This document shows positions 53,091-64,000 of a stretch of DNA of 64,000 nt, in pieces; within the stretch, counting starts at the first letter, position 1; the number at the start of each line of letters is the position of its first letter. The stretch covers positions 10,974,001 to 11,038,000 of the forward strand of contig NC_092680.1 of the NCBI RefSeq assembly GCF_964355755.1. Reading direction: 5' to 3'. The stretch comes from Antedon mediterranea. Its lineage: Eukaryota > Animalia > Echinodermata. The translations under genes and the position numbers were made by a program. Under the pieces are notes generated by a model. The model saw nothing but the letters and a program-made list of their open reading frames with translations. It was not told the DNA's origin and searched no databases.

Positions 53091-56000
53091 CGAATTGAGG
53101 ATATTCTGAGCACTTTGGTGTTTTTATGTTAAAAAGTTTTTTCGAAAATCACAAAATGGTCTAAAACGTCTCAAAATGCGATTTGAAGCTATTCTGTACA
53201 CTTTGATGTTTTGTGTGAAAAAGTTTTGTCGAAATGCTCAAAATGGTCTAAAACGTTTTTAAAACGATATTAAGCTATTTTGTGCTCTTTGATGTTTTTG
53301 TGTAACCAAGTTTCATCGAAATCAACAAAATGGTCTAATACGTCTCCAAATGCGATTTGAAGCTTTTCCAAGCACTTTGCTGTTTTTATGTTAACAAGTT
53401 TTTTCGAAAATCAAAAAATGGTCTAAAACGTCTTCAAATGCGATTTGAAGCTATTCTGTACACTTTGATGTTTTGTGTGAAAAAGTTTTGTCGAAATGCT
53501 CAAAATGGTCTAAAACGTTTTTAAATACGATATTAAGCTATTTTGTGATCTTTGATGTTTTTGTGTGAAAAGTTTTATCGAAATGCTCAAAATGGTCTAA
53601 AACGGTTTCTAATGCGATTTGAAGCTATTCTGTACACTTTGAAGTTTTTTGTGAAAAAGTTTTCTCGAAATGCTCAAAATGGTCTAAAAAGTTTTTATAT
53701 ACCATATTAAGCTATTTTGTGCACTTTGATGTTTTTTGTGAAAAGTTTTATCGAAATGCTCAAAATGGTCTAAAACGGTTTCTATTGTGATTTTAAGCAC
53801 TTTGATGATTTTGTATAACCAAGTTTCATCGAAATGTACAAAATGGTCTAAAACGTCTCCAAATGCGATTTGAAGCTATTCTAAGTACTTTTGTGTTTTT
53901 ATGTTAACAAGTTTTTTCGAAAATCACAAAATGGTCTAAAACGTCTTCAAATGCGATTTGAAGCTATTCTGTACACTTTGATGTTTTGTGTGAAAAAGTT
54001 TTGTCGAGATGCTCAAAATGGTCTAAAATGTTTTTAAATACGATATTAAGCTATTTTGTGATCTTTGATGTTTTTGTGTGAAAAGTTTTATCGAAATGCT
54101 CAAAATGGTCTAAAACGGTTTCTAATGCGATTTGAAGCTATTCTGTACACTTTGAAGTTTTTTGTGAAAAAGTTTTCTCGAAATGCTCAAAATGGTCTAA
54201 AACGTTTTTATATATCATATTAAGCTATTTTGTGCACTTTGATGTTTTTTGTGAAAAGTTTTATCGAAATTCTCAAAATGGTCTAAAACGTTTTCTATTG
54301 TGACTTTAAGCACTTTGATGATTTTGTGTAACCAAGTTTCATCGAAATGTACAAAATGGTCTAAAACGTCTCCAAATGCGATTTGAAGCTCTTCTGTACA
54401 CTTTGATGTTTTGTGTGAAAAAGTTTTGTCGAAATGCTCAAAATGGTCTAAAACGTTTTTAAATACGATATTAAGCTGTTTTGTGCACTTTGATGATTTG
54501 TGTGAAAAGTTTTAACGAAATGCTCAAAATGGTCTAAAACGGTTTCTAATGTGATTTTAAGCACTTTGATGTTTTTGTGTAACCAAGTTTTATCGAAAAT
54601 CACAAAATAGTCTAAAACGTCTCCAAATGCGATTTGAAGCTTTTCTAAGCACTTTGGTGTTTTTATGTTAACAAGTTTTTTCGAAAATCACAAAATGGTC
54701 TAAAACGTCTCCAAATGCGATTTGAGGATATTCTGAGCACTTTGGTGTTTTTTTGTTAAAAAGTTTTTTCGAAAATCACAAAATGGTCTAAAACGTCTCC
54801 AAATGCGATTTGAAGCTATTCTGTACACTTTGATGTTTTGTGTGAAAAAGTTTTGTCGAAATGCTCAAAATGGTCTAAAACATTTTTAAATACGATATTA
54901 AGCTATTTTGTGATCTTTGATGTTTTTGTGTGAAAAGTTTTATCGAAATGCTCAAAATGGTCTAAAACGGTTTCTATTGTGATTTTAAGCACTTTGATGA
55001 TTTTGTGTAACCAAGTTTCATCGAAATGTACAAAATGGTCTAAAACGTCTCCAAATGCGATTTGAAGCTATTCTAAGTACTTTTGTGTTTTTATGTTAAC
55101 AAGTTTTTTCGAAAATCACAAAATGGTCTAAAACGTCTTCAAATGCGATTTGAAGCTATTCTGTACACTTTGATGTTTTGTGTGAAAAAGTTTTGTCGAA
55201 ATGCTCAAAATGGTGTAAAACGTTTTTAAATACGATATTAAGCTATTTTGTGATCTTTGATGTTTTTGTGTGAAAAGTTTTATCGAAATGCTCAAAATGG
55301 TCTAAAACGTTTTCTAATGCGATTTGAAGCTATTCTGTACACTTTGAAGTTTTGTGTGAAAAAGTTTTCTCGAAATGCTCAAAATGGTCTAATACGTTTT
55401 TAAATACGATATTAAGCTGTTTTGGGCACTTTGATGATTTGTGTGAAAAGTTTTAACGAAATGCTCAAAATGGTCAAAAACGGTTTCTAATGTGATTTTA
55501 AACACTTTGATGTTTTTGTGTAACCAAGTTTTTTCAAAAATCACAAAATGGTCTAAAACGTCTCCAAATGCGATTTGAAGCTTTTCTAAGCACTTTGGTG
55601 TTTTTATGTTAACAAGTTTTTTCGAAAATCACAAAATGGTCTAAAACGTCTCCAAATGCGATTTGAGGATATTCTGAGCACTTTGGTGTTTTTTTGTTAA
55701 AAAGTTTTTTCGAAAATCACAAAATGGTCTAAAACGTCTCCAAATGCGATTTGAAGCTATTCTGTACACTTTGATGTTTTGTGTGAAAAAGTTTTGTCGA
55801 AATGCTCAAAATGGTCTAAAACGTTTTTAAATACGATATTAAGCTATTTTGTGATCTTTGATGTTTTTGTGTGAAAAGTTTTATCGAAATGCTCAAAATG
55901 GTCTAAAACGGTTTCTATTGTGATTTTAAGCACTTTGATGATTTTGTGTAACCAAGTTTCATCGAAATGTACAAAATGGTCTAAAACGTCTCCAAATGCG

Positions 56001-58210
56001 ATTTGAAGCTATTCTAAGTACTTTTGTGTTTTTATGTTAACAAGTTTTTTCGAAAATCACAAAATGGTCTAAAACGTCTTCAAATGCGATTTGAAGCTAT
56101 TCTGTACACTTTTATGTTTTGTGTGAAAAAGTTTTGTCGAAATTCTCAAAATGGTCTAAAACGTTTTTAAATACGATATTAAGCTGTTTTGTGCACTTTG
56201 ATGATTTGTGTGAAAAGTTTTAACGAAATGCTCAAAATGGTCAAAAACGGTTTCTAATGTGATTTTAAGCACTTTGATGTTTTTGTGTAACCAAGTTTTT
56301 TCAAAAATCACAAAATGGTCTAAAACGTCTCCAAATGCGATTTGAAGCTTTTCTAAGCACTTTGGTGTTTTTATGTTAACAAGTTTTTTCGAAAATCACA
56401 AAATGGTCTAAAACGTCTCCAAATGCGATTTGAAGATATTCTGAGCACTTTGGTGTTTTTATGTTAAAAAGTTTTTTCGAAAATCACAAAATAGTCTAAA
56501 ACGTCTCCAAATGCGATTTGAAGCTATTCTGTACACTTTGATGTTTTGTGTGAAAAAGTTTTGTCGAAATGCTCAAAATGGTCTAAAACGTTTTTAAAAC
56601 GATATTAAGCTATTTTGTGCTCTTTGATGTTTTTGTGTAACCAAGTTTCATCGAAAATCACAAAATGGTCTAAAACGTCTCAAAATGCGATTTGAAGCTT
56701 TTCTAAGCACTTTGGTGTTTTTATGTTAACAAGTTTTTTCGAAAATCACGAAATGGTCTAAAATGTCTCCAAATGCGATTTGAAGATATTCTGAGCACTT
56801 TGGTGTTTTTATGTTAAAAAGTTTTTTCGAAAATCACAAAATGGTCTAAAACGTCTCCAAATGCGATTTGAAGCTCTTCTGTACACTTTGATGTTTTGTG
56901 TGAAAAAGTTTTGTCGAAATGCTCAAAATGGTCTAAAACGTTTTTAAATACGATATTAAGCTGTTTTGTGCACTTTGATGATTTGTGTGAAAAGTTTTAA
57001 CGAAATGCTCAAAATGGTCTAAAACGGTTTCTAATGTGATTTTAAGCACTTTGATGTTTTTGTGTAACCAAGTTTTATCGAAAATCACAAAATAGTCTAA
57101 AACGTCTCCAAATGCGATTTGAAGCTTTTCTAAGCACTTTGGTGTTTTTATGTTAACAAGTTTTTTCGAAAATCACAAAATGGTCTAAAACGTCTCCAAA
57201 TGCGATTTGAGGATATTCTGAGCACTTTGGTGTTTTTTTGTTAAAAAGTTTTTTCGAAAATCACAAAATGGTCTAAAACGTCTCCAAATGCGATTTGAAG
57301 CTATTCTGTACACTTTGATGTTTTGTGTGAAAAAGTTTTGTCGAAATGCTCAAAATGGTCTAAAACATTTTTAAATACGATATTAAGCTATTTTGTGATC
57401 TTTGATGTTTTTGTGTGAAAAGTTTTATCGAAATGCTCAAAATGGTCTAAAACGGTTTCTATTGTGATTTTAAGCACTTTGATGATTTTGTGTAACCAAG
57501 TTTCATCGAAATGTACAAAATGGTCTAAAACGTCTCCAAATGCGATTTGAAGCTATTCTAAGTACTTTTGTGTTTTTATGTTAACAAGTTTTTTCGAAAA
57601 TCACAAAATGGTCTAAAACGTCTTCAAATGCGATTTGAAGCTATTCTGTACACTTTGATGTTTTGTGTGAAAAAGTTTTGTCAAAATGCTCAAAATGGTC
57701 TAAAACGTTTTTAAAACGATATTAAGCTATTTTGTGCTCTTTGATGTTTTTGTGTAACCAAGTTTCATCGAAAATCACAACATGGTCTAAAACGTCTCCA
57801 AATGCGATTTGAAGCTTTTCTAAGCACTTTGGTGTTTTTATGTTAACAAGTTTTTTCGAAAATCACAAAATGGTCTAAAACGTCTCCAAATGCGATTTGA
57901 AGCTCTTCTGTACACTTTGATGTTTTGTTTGAAAAAGTTTTGTCGAAATTCTCAAAATGGTCTAAAACGTTTTTAAATACGATATTAAGCTGTTTTGTGC
58001 ACTTTGATGATTTGTGTGAAAAGTTTTAACGAAATGCTCAAAATGGTCTAAAACGGTTTCTAATGTGATTTTAAGCACTTTGATGTTTTTGTGTAACCAA
58101 GTTTTTTCGAAAATCACAAAATAGTCTAAAACGTCTCCAAATGCGATTTGAAGCTTTTCTAAGCACTTTGGTGTTTTTATGTTAACAAGTTTTTTCGAAA
58201 ATCACAAAAT

Positions 58211-59238
58211 GGTCTAAAACGTCTCCAAATGCGATTTGAAGCTTTTCTAAGCACTTTGGTGTTTTTATGTTAACAAGTTTTTTCGAAAATCTTGAAATGG
58301 TCTAAAATGTCTCCAAATGCGATTTGAAGATATTCTGAGCACTTTGGTGTTTTTATGTTAAAAAGTTTTTTCGAAAATCACAAAATGGTCTAAAACGTCT
58401 CCAAATGCGATTTGAAGCTCTTCTGTACACTTTGATGTTTTGTGTGAAAAAGATTTGTCGATATGCTCAAAATGGTCTAAAACGTTTTTAAATACGATAT
58501 TAAGCTGTTTTGTGCACTTTAATGATTTGTGTGAAAAGTTTTACGAAATGCTCAAAATGGTCTAAAACGGTTTCTAATGTGATTTTAAGCACTTTGATGT
58601 TTTTGTGTAACCAAGTTTTTTCGAAAATCACAAAATGGTCTAAAACGTCTCCAAATGCGATTTCAAGCTTTTCTAAGCACTTTGGTGTTTTTATGTTAAC
58701 AAGTTTTTTCGAAAATCACAAAATGGTCTAAAACGTCTCCAAATGCGATTTGAAGCTTTTCTAAGCACTTTGGTGTTTTTATGTTAACAAGTTTTTTCGA
58801 AAATCTTGAAATGGTCTAAAATGTCTCCAAATGCGATTTGAAGATATTCTGAGCACTTTGGTGTTTTTATGTTAAAAAGTTTTTTCGAAAATCACAAAAT
58901 GGTCTAAAACGTCTCCAAATGCGATTTGAAGCTCTTCTGTACACTTTGATGTTTTGTGTGAAAAAGATTTGTCGATATGCTCAAAATGGTCTAAAACGTT
59001 TTTAAATACGATATTAAGCTGTTTTGTGCACTTTAATGATTTGTGTGAAAAGTTTTACGAAATGCTCAAAATGGTCTAAAACGGTTTCTAATGTGATTTT
59101 AAGCACTTTGATGTTTTTGTGTAACCAAGTTTTTTCGAAAATCACAAAATGGTCTAAAACGTCTCCAAATGCGATTTCAAGCTTTTCTAAGCACTTTGGT
59201 GTTTTTATGTTAACAAGTTTTTTCGAAAATCACAAAAT
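58211..59238 (+). repeat. 514-bp (6-monomer) tandem duplication
   Basis: Identical ORFs at 58510 and 59024. CTTGAAAT occurs at 58291/58805, and GATTTGTCGATATG, TTTAATGAT, TTTTACGAAA and GATTTCAAGC are each duplicated. Confidence 0.9.
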
Positions 59239-60702
59239 GGTCTAAAACGTCTCCAAATGCGATTTGAGGATATTCTGAGCACTTTGGTGTTTTTATGTTA
59301 AAAAGTTTTTTCGAAAATCACAAAATGGTCTAAAACGTCTCCAAATGCGATTTGAAGCTATTCTGTACACTTTGATGTTTTGTGTGAAAAAGTTTTGTCG
59401 AAATGCTCAAAATGGTCTAAAACGTTTTTAAAACGATATTAAGCTATTTTGTGCTCTTTGATGTTTTTGTGTAACCAAGTTTCATCGAAATCAACAAAAT
59501 GGTCTAATACGTCTCCAAATGCGATTTGAAGTTTTTCCAAGCACTTTGCTGTTTTTATGTTAACAAGTTTTTTCGAAAATCACAAAATGGTCTAAAACGT
59601 CTTCAAATGCGATTTGAAGCTATTCTGTACACTTTGATGTTTTGTGTGAAAAAGTTTTGTCGAAATGCTCAAAATGGTCTAAAACGTTTTTAAATACGAT
59701 ATAAAGCTATTTTGTGATCTTTGATGTTTTTGTGTGAAAAGTTTTATCGAAATGCTCAAAATGGTCTAAAACGGTTTCTAATGCGATTTGAAGCTATTCT
59801 GTACCCTTTGAAGTTTTTTGTGAAAAAGTTTTCTCGAAATGCTCAAAATGGTCTAAAAAGTTTTTATATACCATATTAAGCTATTTTGTGCACTTTGATG
59901 TTTTTTGTGAAAAGTTTTATCGAAATGCTCAAAATGGTCTAAAACGGTTTCTATTGGGATTTTAAGCACTTTGATGATTTTGTGTAACCAAGTTTCATCG
60001 AAATGTACAAAATGGTCTAAAACGTCTCCAAATGCGATTTGAAGCTATTCTAAGTACTTTTGTGTTTTTATGTTAACAAGTTTTTTCGAAAATCACAAAA
60101 TGGTCTAAAACGTCTTCAAATGCGATTTGAAGCTATTCTGTACACTTTTATGTTTTGTGTGAAAAAGTTTTGTCAAAATTCTCAAAATGGTCTAAAACGT
60201 TTTTAAATACGATATTAAGCTGTTTTGTGCACTTTGATGATTTGTGTGAAAAGTTTTAACGAAATGCTCAAAATGGTCAAAAACGGTTTCTAATGTGATT
60301 TTAAGCACTTTGATGTTTTTGTGTAACCAAGTTTTATCGAAAATCACAAAATAGTCTAAAACGTCTCCAAATGCGATTTGAAGCTTTTCTAAGCACTTTG
60401 GTGTTTTTATGTTAACAAGTTTTTTCGAAAATCACAAAATGGTCTAAAACGTCTCCAAATGCGATTTGAGGATATTCTGAGCACTTTGGTGTTTTTTTGT
60501 TAAAAAGTTTTTTCGAAAATCACAAAATGGTCTAAAACGTCTCCAAATGCGATTTGAAGCTATTCTGTACACTTTGATGTTTTGTGTGAAAAAGTTTTGT
60601 CGAAATGCTCAAAATGGTCTAAAACATTTTTAAATACGATATTAAGCTATTTTGTGATCTTTGATGTTTTTGTGTGAAAAGTTTTATCGAAATGCTCAAA
60701 AT

Positions 60703-62406
60703 GGTCTAAAACGGTTTCTATTGTGATTTTAAGCACTTTGATGATTTTGTGTAACCAAGTTTCATCGAAATGTACAAAATGGTCTAAAACGTCTCCAAAT
60801 GCGATTTGAAGCTATTCTAAGTACTTTTGTGTTTTTATGTTAACAAGTTTTTTCGAAAATCACAAAATGGTCTAAAACGTCTTCAAATGCGATTTGAAGC
60901 TATTCTGTACACTTTGATGTTTTGTGTGAAAAAGTTTTGTCAAAATGCTCAAAATGGTCTAAAACGTTTTTAAAACGATATTAAGCTATTTTGTGCTCTT
61001 TGATGTTTTTGTGTAACCAAGTTTCATCGAAAATCACAACATGGTCTAAAACGTCTCCAAATGCGATTTGAAGCTTTTCTAAGCACTTTGGTGTTTTTAT
61101 GTTAACAAGTTTTTTCGAAAATCACAAAATGGTCTAAAACGTCTCCAAATGCGATTTGAAGCTCTTCTGTACACTTTGATGTTTTGTTTGAAAAAGTTTT
61201 GTCGAAATTCTTAAAATGGTCTAAAACGTTTTTAAATACGATATTAAGCTGTTTTGTGCACTTTGATGATTTGTGTGAAAAGTTTTAACGAAATGCTCAA
61301 AATGGTCTAAAACGGTTTCTAATGTGATTTTAAGCACTTTGATGTTTTTGTGTAACCAAGTTTTTTCGAAAATCACAAAATAGTCTAAAACGTCTCCAAA
61401 TGCGATTTGAAGCTATTCTGTACACTTTTATGTTTTGTGTGAAAAAGTTTTGTCGAAATGCTCAAAATGGTCTAAAACGTTTTAATATACCATATTAAGC
61501 TATTTTGTGCACTTTGATGTTTTTTGTGAAAAGTTTTATCGAAATCCTCAAAATGGTCTAAAACGGTTTCTATTGTGATTTTAAGCACTTTGATGATTTT
61601 GTGTAACCAAGTTTCATCGAAATGTACAAAATGGTCTAAAACGTCTCCAAATGCGATTTGAAGCTATTCTAAGTACTTTTGTGTTTTTATGTTAACAAGT
61701 TTTTTCGAAAATCACAAAATGGTCTAAAACGTCTTCAAATGCGATTTGAAGCTATTCTGTACACTTTGATGTTTTGTGTGAAAAAGTTTTGTCAAAATGC
61801 TCAAAATGGTCTAAAACGTTTTTAAAACGATATTAAGCTATTTTGTGCTCTTTGATGTTTTTGTGTAACCAAGTTTCATCGAAAATCACAACATGGTCTA
61901 AAACGTCTCCAAATGCGATTTGAAGCTTTTCTAAGCACTTTGGTGTTTTTATGTTAACAAGTTTTTTCGAAAATCACAAAATGGTCTAAAACGTCTCCAA
62001 ATGCGATTTGAAGCTCTTCTGTACACTTTGATGTTTTGTTTGAAAAAGTTTTGTCGAAATTCTCAAAATGGTCTAAAACGTTTTTAAATACGATATTAAG
62101 CTGTTTTGTGCACTTTGATGATTTGTGTGAAAAGTTTTAATGAAATGCTCAAAATGGTCTAAAACGGTTTCTAATGTGATTTTAAGCACTTTGATGTTTT
62201 TGTGTAACCAAGTTTTTTCGAAAATCACAAAATAGTCTAAAACGTCTCCAAATGCGATTTGAAGCTATTCTGTACACTTTTATGTTTTGTGTGAAAAAGT
62301 TTTGTCGAAATGCTCAAAATGGTCTAAAACGTTTTAATATACCATATTAAGCTATTTTGTGCACTTTGATGTTTTTTGTGAAAAGTTTTATCGAAATCCT
62401 CAAAAT
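60703..62406 (+). repeat. 852-bp (10-monomer) tandem duplication
   Basis: CACAACATGG (C at 61040/61892), GTTTTAATATAC (61479/62331) and AAATCCTCA are duplicated at 852 bp. E monomers start at 60703, 61555 and 62407. Confidence 0.88.
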
Positions 62407-64000
62407 GGTCTAAAACGGTTTCTATTGTGATTTTAAGCACTTTGATGATTTTGTGTAACCAAGTTTCATCGAAATGTACAAAATGGTCTAAAACGTCTCC
62501 AAATGCGATTTGAAGCTATTCTAAGTACTTTTGTGTTTTTATATTAACAAGTTTTTTTTTAAATCACAAAATGGTCTAAAACGTCTTCAAATGCGATTTG
62601 AAGCTATTCTGTACACTTTGATGTTTTGTGTGAAAAAGTTTTGTCGAAATGCTCAAAATGGTCTAAAACGTTTTTAAATACGATATTAAGCTATTTTGTG
62701 ATCTTTGATGTTTTTGTGTGAAAAGTTTTATCGAAATGCTCAAAATGGTCTAAAACGGTTTCTATTGTGATTTTAAGCACTTTGATGATTTTGTGTAACC
62801 AAGTTTTATCGAAATGCTCAAAATGGTCTAAAACGGTTTCTAATGCGATTTGAAGCTATTCTGTACCCTTTGAAGTTTTTTGTGAAAAAGTTTTCCTTAA
62901 ATGCTCAAAATGGTCTAAAAAGTTTTTATATACCATATTAAGCTATTTTGTGCACTTTGATGTTTTTTGTGAAAAGTTTTATCGAAATGCTCAAAATGGT
63001 CTAAAACGGTTTCTATTGGGATTTTAAGCACTTTGATGATTTTGTGTAACCAAGTTTCATCGAAATGTACAAAATGGTCTAAAACGTCTCCAAATGCGAT
63101 TTGAAGCTATTCTAAGTACTTTTGTGTTTTTATGTTAACAAGTTTTTTCGAAAATCACAAAATGGTCTAAAACGTCTTCAAATGCGATTTGAAGCTATTC
63201 TGTACACTTTTATGTTTTGTGTGAAAAAGTTTTGTCGAAATTCTCAAAATGGTCTAAAACGTTTTTAAATACGATATTAAGCTGTTTTGTGCACTTTGAT
63301 GATTTGTGTGAAAAGTTTTAACGAAATGCTCAAAATGGTCAAAAACGGTTTCTAATGTGATTTTAAGCACTTTGATGTTTTTGTGTAACCAAGTTTTTTC
63401 AAAAATCACAAAATGGTCTAAAACGTCTCCAAATGCGATTTGAAGCTTTTCTAAGCACTTTGGTGTTTTTATGTTAACAAGTTTTTTCGAAAATCACAAA
63501 ATGGTCTAAAACGTCTCCAAATGCGATTTGAAGATATTCTGAGCACTTTGGTGTTTTTATGTTAAAAAGTTTTTTCGAAAATCACAAAATAGTCTAAAAC
63601 GTCTCCAAATGCGATTTGAAGCTATTCTGTACACTTTGATGTTTTGTGTGAAAAAGTTTTGTCGAAATGCTCAAAATGGTCTAAAACGTTTTTAAAACGA
63701 TATTAAGCTATTTTGTGCTCTTTGATGTTTTTGTGTAACCAAGTTTCATCGAAAATCACAAAATGGTCTAAAACGTCTCAAAATGCGATTTGAAGCTTTT
63801 CTAAGCACTTTGGTGTTTTTATGTTAACAAGTTTTTTCGAAAATCACGAAATGGTCTAAAATGTCTCCAAATGCGATTTGAAGATATTCTGAGCACTTTG
63901 GTGTTTTTATGTTAAAAAGTTTTTTCGAAAATCACAAAATGGTCTAAAACGTCTCCAAATGCGATTTGAAGCTCTTGTGTACACTTTGATGTTTTGTGTG

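Larger units (their letters stand above)
1..64000 (+). repeat. Tandem satellite DNA array, about 87-bp monomer (86-88 bp plus a 78-bp variant), roughly 750 copies, head-to-tail; probable centromeric or pericentromeric satellite
   Basis: The GGTCT(A)AAAC core starts at 42, 120, 208, 295, 382, 469, 555, 633 and 721 (spacings 78, 88, 87, 87, 87, 86, 78, 88) and continues to the end of the window. Representative monomer (721-807): GGTCTAAAACGTCTTCAAATGCGATTTGAAGCTATTCTGTACACTTTGATGTTTTGTGTGAAAAAGTTTTGTCGAAATGCTCAAAAT. The array runs off both ends. The centromeric role is inferred, not shown. Confidence 0.98.

Noticed and set aside
7603-59245. Thirteen ORFs of 61-110 aa in the ORF track (e.g. repeats of MRFEAILYTL...RNAQNGLKRF)
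   Set aside because: They are translations of the satellite. An 87-bp monomer is 29 codons, so runs of 87-bp monomers stay in frame. There is no unique sequence, no recognisable domain and no gene context.
1-64000. CRISPR array: regular spacing, and the core AATGGTCTAAAAC resembles the 3' end of type II-A repeats (...GAATGGTCCCAAAAC)
   Set aside because: The intervening sequences are homologous to each other and recur many times, so they are not unique spacers. No cas genes or leader are present and the resemblance is short, so I treat it as coincidence.
1-64000. tRNA or other small-RNA gene tandem array (78-88 bp unit, TTCGAA resembling a T-loop or B-box)
   Set aside because: There is no cloverleaf, acceptor stem or full GGTTCGANNCC B-box, and frequent T-runs would terminate Pol III.
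1-64000. Transposon insertion, inversion or telomeric repeat within the array
   Set aside because: Reading through the window I found no non-satellite segment and no reverse-orientation core (GTTTTAGACC).
1-64000. Assignment to a named satellite family or species, or a CENP-B box
   Set aside because: I do not recognise the sequence with confidence and saw no canonical CENP-B box (TTCG....A..CGGG). A database search is required.
1-64000. Promoter- or terminator-like motifs (AT-rich boxes, hairpins followed by T-runs)
   Set aside because: These are expected by chance in AT-rich repeat DNA, and there is no associated gene.

Overview
The whole 64 kb window is one uninterrupted, single-orientation (head-to-tail) tandem satellite array. 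It is AT-rich (one monomer counted at about 33% GC) and holds roughly 750 monomers of 86-88 bp plus a recurrent 78-bp variant. Every monomer carries a near-invariant core (CAAAATGGTCTAAAAC). The rest falls into about 11 monomer types (my labels A-K) that follow a constrained order and form variable higher-order repeats (339/340, 513/514, 852 and 1029 bp units) and nested kb-scale duplications (offsets 1146, 1566, 1881, 2316, 2742, 3694, 5236 and 26655 bp, read from shared private variants). I saw no genes, RNA genes, transposon insertions, inversions or CRISPR array; the short ORFs are artefacts of an 87-bp (29-codon) repeat. This looks like a eukaryotic centromeric or pericentromeric satellite, but I cannot name the family or species. 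The most interesting points are that the monomer is an imperfect palindrome with 10-bp phased A/T tracts and many short dyads, that the common short variant lacks exactly 10 bp (one helical turn) between AAGC microhomologies, the monomer-order grammar, three rare out-of-register junctions, and a CpG-decay signature. All alignments and offsets were done by eye.
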